Source of the DNA: an uncultured Eubacteriales bacterium
GTDB lineage: Bacteria > Acidobacteriota > Aminicenantia > Aminicenantales > Aminicenantaceae
Assembly (NCBI GenBank): GCA_964505785.1
Contig: CAZDJZ010000003.1
Coordinates: 99,186-163,185, forward strand
Direction of reading: 5' to 3'
Length of the DNA stretch: 64,000 nt
The notes beneath the pieces are model-generated. The model was given only the letters and a program-made list of their open reading frames with translations, had not been told where the DNA came from and ran no database searches. Made by a program: the position numbers and the translations under genes. Shown here piece by piece: positions 37,819-46,087 of the stretch. Positions within the stretch are counted from its first letter, which is position 1. Every line of letters begins with the position of its first letter.

Positions 37819-37932
37819 CCTTAGAAAATGACAGCACCGCTGTCATCCTGAGGGCACATTAGCGCCCAAAGGATCTCAAGCTGCCTCGCCCCCCCCTTCG
37901 TCATACTTGGCAAAGCGAAGCGAAGGATCTCC
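37819..37932 (+). repeat. two tandem copies of the hairpin + GTCATCCTGAGG...AAGGATCTC module
   Basis: CCTTAGAAA is followed by the hairpin ATGACAGC-acc-GCTGTCAT (37828-37846). This runs into GTCATCCTGAGGGCACATTAGCGCCCAAAGGATCTC (37842-37877). A second partial unit, ...GCAAAGCGAAGCGAAGGATCTCC, ends at 37932. Confidence 0.65.
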
Positions 37933-38194
37933 TTCTGCCCCGCCGGATCAAATATCAGCTTCCTCATATAAAAACCGTTTTCACATGGCAATAGATAAGG
38001 GCCATATCCCGCCGCCGCGCGTCTGTCCCCAGCGAGGACATCCGCTCCGATTCCGGCCTCGCTCTCCCCTCCTGCGGAGAGGAACCGTGCCCGCTCGGCC
38101 TCCATACGGGCCGGCTTGGACATGACCCTTATCCATTGCGGCCGTTCACTTTGAGACTTTCATCGTTCCGGGTTCCGGGTGAATTATATACATG

Positions 38195-38343
38195 CTTCAT
38201 TCATAAAAAATTGCGCTGTTTTTGCAATCTCGGCCCGTAAAAAAGCCTTGCACGTTATTTTCAATCCATGCGGGTGGCAAGACTGTCATGTGCAGTACCT
38301 TAGAAAATGACAAGTCCTTGTCATCCTGATGAGCGAAGCGAAC
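38195..38343 (+). repeat. copy D of the modular repeat family
   Basis: The copy opens with CTTCATTCATAAAAAATTGCGCTGTTTTTGCAATCTCGGCCCG (38195-38237). It then has CCTTAGAAA, the hairpin ATGACAA-gtcc-TTGTCAT (38307-38324) and GTCATCCTGATGAGCGAAGCGAAC (38320-38343). Confidence 0.65.
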
Positions 38344-38365
38344 AGACTGAACAGACCGAATAGAC

Positions 38366-39121
38366 TTAGATAGACTTAGCCTGTGTTTCTTCCCGCAATC
38401 CGCGAAAAATGGTTTCATAGTCTTCAATCAAACCCTCATCGGCAAAGCTGAAGTATCGGTTGTTCCCGATAATAATGTGATCAAGAACTTTAATCTGCAT
38501 CACTCCGGCGGAAAACACCAGGTCTTTGGTGATTTCGCGGTCGCATTGGGATGGGGCCGGGTCTCCAGAAGGATGATTATGAACAAAAATCAGAGAGATT
38601 GCATTGAATTTCAAAGCAGCCCGGATGATTTCGCGGGGGTAAACAACGCTTGAATCCACCGTGCCCTCAAAAATGGTCTTTTCTTCGATAATCCTGTTCT
38701 TGGCATCCAGAAACAGCACTTTGAATTTTTCCCGCGAGGATTCCCGCATAGTATGATACAGGTAATCAAAAACTTCCCGGGATGAGTTGCAGGCCCGGCG
38801 GCTCATCATACGGTCTTTTAAGAAACGCCGGGACACTTCCCGAATGAGTTTTATCCCAAAAATATTATGCGGCCCCACTCCTGGTATTTCCTGAAGATCC
38901 TCTTCTTCTGCCTCCAATACCGCACTCAGGGTTTTAAAGCGTTCCAGAGCCTTTTTTGCCGGGCCTTTACAGTCTTTTCGCGGAGTGCCCAAAGTAAGAA
39001 GAAGTTCAATAATTTCATAATCAAGAAATCCGGCAAGCCCGCCTTGCAGAAATTTTTTCTGCAAACGGCGGCGGTGGCCGCCCGCACCGGGCTTTTCATA
39101 TCCAGACATGTTCAGTTCCAT
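38366..39121 (-). CDS. radC: RadC-family JAB-domain protein
   Basis: FVHNHPSGDPAPS JAMM motif with an N-terminal HhH-like region. 251 aa (start could be MSGYEK at 39109). Confidence 0.9.
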   Translation of the reverse strand: MELNMSGYEKPGAGGHRRRLQKKFLQGGLAGFLDYEIIELLLTLGTPRKDCKGPAKKALERFKTLSAVLEAEEEDLQEIPGVGPHNIFGIKLIREVSRRFLKDRMMSRRACNSSREVFDYLYHTMRESSREKFKVLFLDAKNRIIEEKTIFEGTVDSSVVYPREIIRAALKFNAISLIFVHNHPSGDPAPSQCDREITKDLVFSAGVMQIKVLDHIIIGNNRYFSFADEGLIEDYETIFRGLREETQAKSI

Positions 39122-39315
39122 CCTTCTACTTCAATAGACGGATCGCAATGTTTCAAATCTCAATTGGATGGACTGTTTATAATTCAATGTCAACTTGAGA
39201 ATCGCAGCAGCGAAAGGACCTCAAGGGCTGCGCTTCATTATGGGGAAAGAGTGAGGGTTGCCATTCTGTCACCTTGATGCCTGCGAAGGAGAAGGGAGAG
39301 CTTGTGCGTTTTGCG

Positions 39316-40704
39316 TTAAGACAAATATTCATGAATGCTTTTAGCAGCCTTGCGGCCGTCGCCTAAGGCCAGGATAACTGTCGCATTACCGCGGACAGCA
39401 TCTCCGCCGGCGAACACGCCGGGTATATTTGCAGCCAGATGTTCATCTACCTGGATCTGGCCCCAGCGATTGACTTCGAGCTCCTTGGCCCGGCTTAGGA
39501 AAAGACGGTTGGGTGTGCTTCCCAACGCTTCGACCAGTGTCTCGCAATCCAAACTGTATTCGCTTCCTTCGATTTTCACAGGCCGCGGGCGCCCGCTTTC
39601 ATCCGGCTCAGATAATTCCATCTTAAACATCTCCACTTCTTTTAACCAGCCATCATCATCTCCGGTAAGCTTCTTAGGTGAAACCAATTCCTGGAAGATC
39701 ACTCCTTCCTCCAAAGCATGCTGGACTTCCTCATCTCTGGCCGGCGCTTCTTTTTTTGTGCGCCGGTAAAGAATATAAACCTTCTCTACTCCCAGCCGCA
39801 GAGCGCAGCGGGCGGCATCCATGGCCACATTCCCGGCCCCGATGATACCGATTGTCTTTCCGCATTCAATCGGCGTATCATAATCCGTAAATTTATAAGC
39901 CTTCATCAAATTGACTCTGATAAGAAATTCATTGGCGGAATAAACTCCTTTTAAATTTTCTCCCGGAATTTTCATGAAAAGCGGAGCTCCTGCCCCTGTC
40001 CCAAGAAAAACGGCCTGGTAATTTTTCAGGAGCTCGTCAAAACTCAGGTTTTGACCGACAAAAAAATTCAGCTTGATATCCACTCCGATTTCATTCAAAA
40101 AATTTATCTCATAATCAACAATTTCTGTTGGAAGCCGAAAAGCGGGTATCCCGTACTGAAGCACACCACCGGCCTTGTGGAGGGCCTCGAACATTGTTAC
40201 CTGGTAGCCCTGTCTGCGTAAATCCACGGCGCAGCTGATCCCCGCAGGACCGGACCCGACCACGGCCACTTTTTCCGGCCGTTCCCGGATATGAAATTCC
40301 TCCTTGATGCCTCTTTTCCTTGCCCAATCCGCGACAAAAGCTTCCAATTTGCCAATATTGATTCCATTTTCACGGTGATAGAGCGGGCACACCCCTTCAC
40401 ACTGGGTTTCCTGCGGGCACACTCTTCCGGTTATGGCAGGAATAGGGTTATCCCGTTTCATAATAAAAAACGCACTCCGGAAACGCCCCCAGGAAACATT
40501 CCGGATCATCGCCAGTATCTTCATATTGATGGGACAGTCACTTTCACAGGGAACTCCGCTGCATTGAATACACCGGCGGGCTTCCCGGACAACTTCGTCT
40601 TCATTGTATCCATGGGGAACAGAAAAAAAATTATGGATTCTTTTATTTGGATCCTGTTCCCGCATCGGAACCCTTGTCCCTCCCAGCTTAATCATGATCG
40701 ACAC
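39316..40704 (-). CDS. nfnB: NfnB / GltD / SudA-like NADPH-dependent FAD Fe-S oxidoreductase (large subunit)
   Basis: N-terminal PMREQDPNKRIHNF...CIQCSGVPCESDCP, and dinucleotide fold VAVVGSGPAGISCA. 462 aa. Overlaps the preceding gene. Confidence 0.85.
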   Translation of the reverse strand: MSIMIKLGGTRVPMREQDPNKRIHNFFSVPHGYNEDEVVREARRCIQCSGVPCESDCPINMKILAMIRNVSWGRFRSAFFIMKRDNPIPAITGRVCPQETQCEGVCPLYHRENGINIGKLEAFVADWARKRGIKEEFHIRERPEKVAVVGSGPAGISCAVDLRRQGYQVTMFEALHKAGGVLQYGIPAFRLPTEIVDYEINFLNEIGVDIKLNFFVGQNLSFDELLKNYQAVFLGTGAGAPLFMKIPGENLKGVYSANEFLIRVNLMKAYKFTDYDTPIECGKTIGIIGAGNVAMDAARCALRLGVEKVYILYRRTKKEAPARDEEVQHALEEGVIFQELVSPKKLTGDDDGWLKEVEMFKMELSEPDESGRPRPVKIEGSEYSLDCETLVEALGSTPNRLFLSRAKELEVNRWGQIQVDEHLAANIPGVFAGGDAVRGNATVILALGDGRKAAKSIHEYLS

Positions 40705-41548
40705 CTATTTTCCGGCGATAATCCTGTTCCGCTTTTATTTCCTTTTTTTTAAACATTTCCAGCCGGCTGATCACGTCATCGAAATCGATTTTATGCGCAT
40801 CAAATTCAGGACCGTCAATACAGGCCAGTTTCATCCTGCCGTCAATGTACGCCCGGCATCCCCCGCACATTCCTGTCCCGTCCACCATAATTGTGTTTAA
40901 ACTGGCAATTGTAGTAATATTTTTATCCTTTGTTACACGGGCAGCCTCCCTCATCATAGCCGGTGGGCCAATGGTGATCACACGGTCGACTCCAGGACCT
41001 TGGAAGCAGCTTGATTCGTCGATAACCTTTTGCAGGACATCCGTCACAAATCCCTTATGCCCACGGGATCCGTCATCCGTCGCCACCAATACATTTTGAC
41101 TGCAATCCCGCAATTCTTTTTCCAGAATCAGCATTGAGACTGTCCTGGCTCCTATAATGGTGGTTACCGTGTTGCCGGCCTGAGACAATGCTCTGACAAT
41201 AGGGTAAATGCAGGCAATCCCGGTTCCTCCTCCTACACATATCACCCGGCCGAACCGTTTTATCTCGGTTGGATTTCCCAAGGGTCCCACGCAATTCAGA
41301 ATTTGATCGCCCTCCTTCCAGGTGCTGAGTTCTAAAGTGGATTTCCCAACCACTTGGAAAATCAACGTAATCGATCCTGCGCGCACATTCACATCCGCAA
41401 CGGTTAGAGGAATCCGTTCACTTCGTTCATGCATGCGGATGATAACGAATTGTCCGGCTTGAAATCTGTCGGCCACATGAAACGCATCCAGTTCAATCAA
41501 AAATATTTCCGGGTTAAGCATCCGTTTGTGAATAATCCTGTGACTCAT
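40688..41548 (-). CDS. nfnA: NfnA / SudB-like FAD/NAD(P)-binding [2Fe-2S] subunit (PyrK-like)
   Basis: RIPLTVADV and MVDGTGMCGGCR...ACIDGPEF motifs. 286 aa. Its ATG overlaps the ferredoxin TGA (ATGA at 41545-41548). Confidence 0.85.
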   Translation of the reverse strand: MSHRIIHKRMLNPEIFLIELDAFHVADRFQAGQFVIIRMHERSERIPLTVADVNVRAGSITLIFQVVGKSTLELSTWKEGDQILNCVGPLGNPTEIKRFGRVICVGGGTGIACIYPIVRALSQAGNTVTTIIGARTVSMLILEKELRDCSQNVLVATDDGSRGHKGFVTDVLQKVIDESSCFQGPGVDRVITIGPPAMMREAARVTKDKNITTIASLNTIMVDGTGMCGGCRAYIDGRMKLACIDGPEFDAHKIDFDDVISRLEMFKKKEIKAEQDYRRKIGVDHD

Positions 41549-41772
41549 GATGCCGCCTCATTCAACTCCTCAGCCACCCAAATAGCAAAGTCGGGGCAAA
41601 ACATCTCACACAGGCCGCAATTGAGACACTTTTCCGGTTTAACAACCACAGGGGTACAGACACCGCGGCTGTTTTTGTTTTTGCCCAATTCCAAAACGCC
41701 TGTTTGGCAAACCGCCGCACATATCCCGCATCCTTTACAGCGGTCCTGAATAACGACAACTTCAACTTTCAT
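41545..41772 (-). CDS. 2x[4Fe-4S] ferredoxin (OFOR delta-subunit-like, 75 aa)
   Basis: CKGCGICAAVC and CLNCGLCEMFCP. I chose the start at MKVEVVV (41772). The track ORF start at 41853 lies inside the upstream gene. Confidence 0.8.
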   Translation of the reverse strand: MKVEVVVIQDRCKGCGICAAVCQTGVLELGKNKNSRGVCTPVVVKPEKCLNCGLCEMFCPDFAIWVAEELNEAAS

Positions 41773-42577
41773 GATGATTGAGTTCCTTGTCTCCGGCAGC
41801 AGGCGTAAACCGGCCCAAAATAATGGGGCCGGGACAACGCAAGTCCATTTCACTCGAGGGTTCCTGATAACGCATCTCAGAAAAACGATTGAGAAAAGAC
41901 ATTCTTTCCACCGGGTTCAAAATTTCTCTGTTTTCAGCCCGGAATATCACACAGGGCGAGACCATCTCAACAACAGACAACCCATCCGCCGACAGGGCAT
42001 CAATCAAGGTATGCCGCATCCATCCTGCTCTGAGAGGATTCCAGCGGGCAATCAATCCGGCGCCAGCCTTGTAAGAAAAATAGGGAATATTAAAGGGCAA
42101 ATCACTTTCTCCGTCTATGCTGGAACGCATGAAAGGCGTCAACGGATAGGCCCTGTCCCGGCTCAAGGTATAGATTATATTATTGATGATGATCAAAACC
42201 AGGTCATCCTGATTTTTTCCCGCGTCCAGAATATCTTGCCCCCCGGTTAAAAGCATATCGGAGTTGTTAATCACAGCAACCGCTTTTGTCTGCAGCTTTT
42301 TTCTTTTCCACTCCGCAGCGGCGGCAACAACAAATCCATTGTCAGCCGAATGCGCAGACACACTCAAACAATCAGAGACTCTTCCCGTGCATCCGGTTCC
42401 GCTGAATACACTGAGTTGAGATTGAATGCCCATTTCCTTAGCCGCTTCAAACAAAGCATAGAGAGCGGTTCCGATTCCGCAGCCGGAGCACCAAACTGTA
42501 GGAAAAGCATCCAGATTCAGGAAATCATCCTTGGGATGAGTTCGGTCATCTGCATTATTCTTTACATCTGGAATCAT
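41762..42577 (-). CDS. 2-oxoacid:ferredoxin oxidoreductase beta-subunit-like protein, paralog 2 (non-canonical ThDP motif)
   Basis: WCSGCGIG, SGTGCTG and SPC cysteines are placed as in KorB/PorB. The ThDP/Mg region reads VAVINNSDMLLTGGQDILDAGKNQDDLVLIIINNIIY, where GDGD...NN is expected. Confidence 0.7.
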   Translation of the reverse strand: MIPDVKNNADDRTHPKDDFLNLDAFPTVWCSGCGIGTALYALFEAAKEMGIQSQLSVFSGTGCTGRVSDCLSVSAHSADNGFVVAAAAEWKRKKLQTKAVAVINNSDMLLTGGQDILDAGKNQDDLVLIIINNIIYTLSRDRAYPLTPFMRSSIDGESDLPFNIPYFSYKAGAGLIARWNPLRAGWMRHTLIDALSADGLSVVEMVSPCVIFRAENREILNPVERMSFLNRFSEMRYQEPSSEMDLRCPGPIILGRFTPAAGDKELNHHES

Positions 42578-43350
42578 TTTTTTTCCGAAAAATGGCCGAC
42601 ATAAAATTCATTGAGGTCCCGAAGTTCCAGTTCTTCCCAGGCAGCTTGATGATTAATACAAGCATTGTTTAAAAACAGCTTCATTCTATCCAGGTTTCCC
42701 GAAGGGTTTTCCGCCCCGGCATAGTACATGAGACAGGGGGATACGATTTCCAAGAATGAAAATCCTGGCTTTAGCAAGGCCGCACGCAAGGAGGACATTA
42801 GGCGGCGGCAATGCAATGGAGTCCAGCGGGCAATCACCGAAGCTCCGCTTCGATTGGCAAATGCGGGCAGATTGAAAAGAACCTCCGGCTTCGACAGATT
42901 CCGGCATCTTTTTTGAAGACTGAGAACATGGAAGATAAAACTATTGAAATAAACAACGATCACATTTCGGCCGGAATGACAGGCCTTGACCATTCCTTCC
43001 AGGCCGTGAACCATAATATCAGAATCCTGAATAAAAATAATGGTTTTCGTGCCCGGCCTTATTTCCCTGCTGTTTAGAGCGGTTAAGAAAGGATCTTTCC
43101 CTTGAGCATGAATTGTATTTAATTTAACATACCCGATTATTTTCCCTGTACAGCCCAGTCCGCTTGAAACCAGCCGGATCTTTTCAAGAGGTAAAGAATT
43201 TTTTTTCAGGGATTGGATAAACGTATTAACGACTATTCCAATGCCGCATCCGGAACACCAAACAGAAGGCATCGCATCAAATTTCAAAAAGAGCGCATCC
43301 GGATGCTCTTCCCTAATTGCCATAACCAGAAATTTTGGCGTATCAATCAC
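42574..43350 (-). CDS. 2-oxoacid:ferredoxin oxidoreductase beta-subunit-like protein, paralog 1 (non-canonical ThDP motif)
   Basis: WCSGCGIG, SGLGCTG and SPC cysteines. The ThDP/Mg region reads IIFIQDSDIMVHGLEGMVKACHSGRNVIVVYFNSFIF. GTG start with no obvious RBS. Overlaps paralog 2 by 4 nt. Confidence 0.65.
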   Translation of the reverse strand: MIDTPKFLVMAIREEHPDALFLKFDAMPSVWCSGCGIGIVVNTFIQSLKKNSLPLEKIRLVSSGLGCTGKIIGYVKLNTIHAQGKDPFLTALNSREIRPGTKTIIFIQDSDIMVHGLEGMVKACHSGRNVIVVYFNSFIFHVLSLQKRCRNLSKPEVLFNLPAFANRSGASVIARWTPLHCRRLMSSLRAALLKPGFSFLEIVSPCLMYYAGAENPSGNLDRMKLFLNNACINHQAAWEELELRDLNEFYVGHFSEKK

Positions 43351-43479
43351 AAGTTGTCAAGCCAAAAGCAGTTTGGGGTTTGCATTAGACGCCTTTATTG
43401 CTGTCATAATATCCATCATGCCTCTCGGGTTTTTTCGTGAATCGCTTCGTGGTTTTGCGCATTTTTAAGTTTATGGATT

Positions 43480-44841
43480 TCATTCAATATTGTAATTTTT
43501 CATCTTATAACTCAACATTCTTTCCGTCAGCCCCAAAGCACGGGCTGTCCGGGCTTTAATTCCCCCATTTTCCCGCAGAGCCCTTTTTATTTCCCTGGTT
43601 TCCAGCCGTTTGATTTTTTCCGGCAGGGAAAGGTCTTCAGTACAGAGGTCTCCTTCCTTCTTTTCTTCTAAAAATACCGGAAGGTCGCTTCTGACGATAT
43701 CCTCTTCTTCGGCAAAAACCACAGCCCGTTCAATAATATTTTCCAGCTCCCGTATATTCCCGGGAAAAGAATAATTCATAAGCTGGTTCATGGCTTCCCT
43801 TGATACTCCCCGGATTTCCTTCTTCTCCCTCCGGCTGTATTTCCGGATAAAATGATCGGTAAGAGCCGGGATGTCTTCTTTCCTTTCCCGCAACGGCGGG
43901 ACATGGATTCGAACCACATTCAGCCGGAAATACAAGTCTTGACGGAATTGATTTTGCCGCATCAGATCTTCAAGGTCCCGGTTCGTCGCGGCCATGATCC
44001 GGACATCAGCCTGAATGGGCTTTGAAGAACCCAGCCGGAAAAAATTCCGGTCCTGGAGAAAGCGCAGCAATTTCACCTGACTTGAAAGCGGCATATCTCC
44101 AATTTCATCCAGAAAAAGCGTCCCCCCTCCGGCTCCTTCAAATTTCCCTGTTTTGCGTTCATGAGCGCCTGTGAACGCACCCTTTTCCGATCCGAATAAT
44201 TCACTCTCTAATAGAGTTTCAGGAAAAGACGGAATATTTACCGCCATAAAGGGGCCTTCTTTTCTCCGGGAAGAATAATGAATGCTGCGAGCGACCAGGT
44301 CTTTTCCGGTTCCGGTTTCCCCGGATATCAAAACCGTGGCTTCGCTTTCGGACGCTTTGACCATAAGATGCACAACTCTCTCCATTGCAGCGGATTGAAA
44401 AACAAAATTTTTTGCACTGAATTTTTGTTCCAGTGAACGGCGCAGCTGCTTCACTTCCCTTCGCAGCTTTTGACGCTCCAGCGCCCGGGAAATAACCAAT
44501 AAAAAATTATCAAAATCAATGGGCTTCGGGATAAAATCATAAACACCTTTTTTCATGGCTTCAACCGCGGTTTCGACATTGCCGTAGGCTGTTACCATAA
44601 TGATGGTTATAAGAGGATTCGAAAATAGAATCTTTCGTGTAACATCCAGCCCTGTTTCTTTTTCCAGTCGAAAGTCAACTACAGCGAGATCCACTTGTTG
44701 ATTCTCTAAAATCTGAAGGGCACCCCGGCTTCCGGCTGCTTCAAAGACCTGGTAATTCTCGCCTTCTAGATTCTCCCTGATCAATTCGCGCTGCATGGCA
44801 TCGTCTTCAATGATTAGAATATTCGCTCGGCTCATTTTCAT
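43480..44841 (-). CDS. sigma-54-dependent response regulator (NtrC family: receiver + AAA+ + Fis-type HTH)
   Basis: Receiver with DLAVVDFRLE. AAA+ Walker A SGETGTGKDLVA and the sigma-54 contact loop GSEKGAFTGA. C-terminal HTH ...ARALGLTERMLSYKMK. Confidence 0.9.
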   Translation of the reverse strand: MKMSRANILIIEDDAMQRELIRENLEGENYQVFEAAGSRGALQILENQQVDLAVVDFRLEKETGLDVTRKILFSNPLITIIMVTAYGNVETAVEAMKKGVYDFIPKPIDFDNFLLVISRALERQKLRREVKQLRRSLEQKFSAKNFVFQSAAMERVVHLMVKASESEATVLISGETGTGKDLVARSIHYSSRRKEGPFMAVNIPSFPETLLESELFGSEKGAFTGAHERKTGKFEGAGGGTLFLDEIGDMPLSSQVKLLRFLQDRNFFRLGSSKPIQADVRIMAATNRDLEDLMRQNQFRQDLYFRLNVVRIHVPPLRERKEDIPALTDHFIRKYSRREKKEIRGVSREAMNQLMNYSFPGNIRELENIIERAVVFAEEEDIVRSDLPVFLEEKKEGDLCTEDLSLPEKIKRLETREIKRALRENGGIKARTARALGLTERMLSYKMKNYNIE

Positions 44842-46073
44842 TCTCCAGGTAATATGATGGTGAAAGTCGTCCCTTTTTCCGGTGACGAAAAAAGCCGGGT
44901 GCTGCCGCCGTGAGCTTCAATGATTTTTCGGGTAAGAAATAAACCCACTCCCATTCCCTTGTTTTTCCGGCTGAAAAAAGGTTCGAAAATATGCTCGGCA
45001 TCTTCCGGATCAATTCCCGGACCCGTATCCCGGACAGTGATCCGAATCCCCGGTCTTTCATTGGCAGCCCTCATCATGACTTTATTTCCCCCGGCAGCCT
45101 CCACCGCGTTTTCTATTACATTATAGAGAGCCTGCCGCATGAGGTTGCGGTCTCCCTTAAATGACACCTTGTTTTCCAGTGAGAACTTTATATTCGAATC
45201 TGGATACCGGTTGTTTAATGAAAGAATGACCTCTTCCGCCAGGTCTTTGAAGTTAAAGGTTTCACGCTTGATCCGCAGGGGTTTGAGTGCGGCGGAAAAA
45301 CGGTCGATAATCTCAGCGATGATTTTAACTTCTGCTTTCCCTTTTGATGTCAGGGCCGTGACCGAATCATTTCCTTTTTTCTGCATCAACTCCATAAGCA
45401 AGGACAAGCGGTTCAGAGGATTTTTGATTTCATGCGCGACCCCGGAGGTGAAAGCCGATATTTCCCGGAAGCGTTCTTTCTGCCGAACCTGCTCATCCAA
45501 TTCACGGACTTTTTGCACGTAACGGTTTTGGATTTGGAAAAGCCCAATGTAGAATAGAATCCCGGCACCCCCTATAGCTCCCAATAAAATCCAGAACAAG
45601 CGCTCTGACCTGGCCAGCATTCCCTCCAAGTTCTCCAGGGAATAGCCCAGATAAAGATAATAAGTTTGTCCCTGTCCGGTTTTTACAGAAGAAAGCAGGT
45701 TGAAAATTTTCCCGATAGGTGAATCAATAATCCATGAGTCCCGGCCCTTGTTTTCCTGAGAAGCCAATGGAAGATAACCTTCGAACCGTGTTCTCCAATC
45801 CAGCGGCGCTAATGTATTATCTAAAAGGGCCATAAAATGGATCGTCTCCGCCTGGTCATAACGATCTAGAATTTCCCTTGGTGCCGTCTCCCTTTCCAAT
45901 GCCCGCAAAATATCCGCTTTTAAAATATCGGCTTGTGCACGAAGCTGATCCTCCACTAAATGCTCGACCCGGTCGCGAATCAGGCTTCGGTTGATGGAAG
46001 AAAAAATAAAAAACAAAACAATAAAGCCCAAAAACGGCATATAAAAAAACAGCAGAAAATGTCTTTTTTTCAA
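44838..46073 (-). CDS. sensor histidine kinase (two TM helices, periplasmic loop, HisKA + HATPase_c)
   Basis: H-box SGVAHEIKNPLN, with G-boxes VRDTGPGI and GMGVGL. I chose the start at TTG 46073 (MKKRHFLLFF, AGGA upstream). The track start is a TTG at 46115, overlapping the upstream gene by 28 nt. Confidence 0.85.
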   Translation of the reverse strand: MKKRHFLLFFYMPFLGFIVLFFIFSSINRSLIRDRVEHLVEDQLRAQADILKADILRALERETAPREILDRYDQAETIHFMALLDNTLAPLDWRTRFEGYLPLASQENKGRDSWIIDSPIGKIFNLLSSVKTGQGQTYYLYLGYSLENLEGMLARSERLFWILLGAIGGAGILFYIGLFQIQNRYVQKVRELDEQVRQKERFREISAFTSGVAHEIKNPLNRLSLLMELMQKKGNDSVTALTSKGKAEVKIIAEIIDRFSAALKPLRIKRETFNFKDLAEEVILSLNNRYPDSNIKFSLENKVSFKGDRNLMRQALYNVIENAVEAAGGNKVMMRAANERPGIRITVRDTGPGIDPEDAEHIFEPFFSRKNKGMGVGLFLTRKIIEAHGGSTRLFSSPEKGTTFTIILPGE

Positions 46074-46087
46074 TCCTGCTTTTTCCT

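Noticed and set aside
38325-38343. Hammerhead-ribozyme-like core CUGAUGAG-CGAAGC-GAA in repeat copies (also reverse strand of 28799-28817)
   Set aside because: CTGATGAGCGAAGCGAAC superficially resembles CUGAUGA + stem II + GAAA. However, stem II would be only 2 bp, and the nucleotide after GAA is C (or the triplet is GAC) instead of the conserved A. No U-H cleavage site with pairing stems I and III can be drawn in any permutation. Other copies read CTGAGGG or CTGAGGC.
37821-38427. Three track ORFs (37821-38123 minus, 37907-38125 plus, 38197-38427 minus) between the FGGY kinase and radC
   Set aside because: All are translations of repeat modules and the GC-rich insert, and they overlap one another in different frames. 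The last one overlaps the radC 3' end. There is no RBS or protein-like domain signature.
43351-43479. Separate sigma-54 promoter directly upstream of the OFOR-beta-like genes
   Set aside because: The best candidates on the minus strand (TGGCTTgacaacTTGT and GGCATGATGGATATTAT) have wrong GG-GC spacing or lack the GC. I therefore assume read-through from the upstream promoter, while noting this is unproven.
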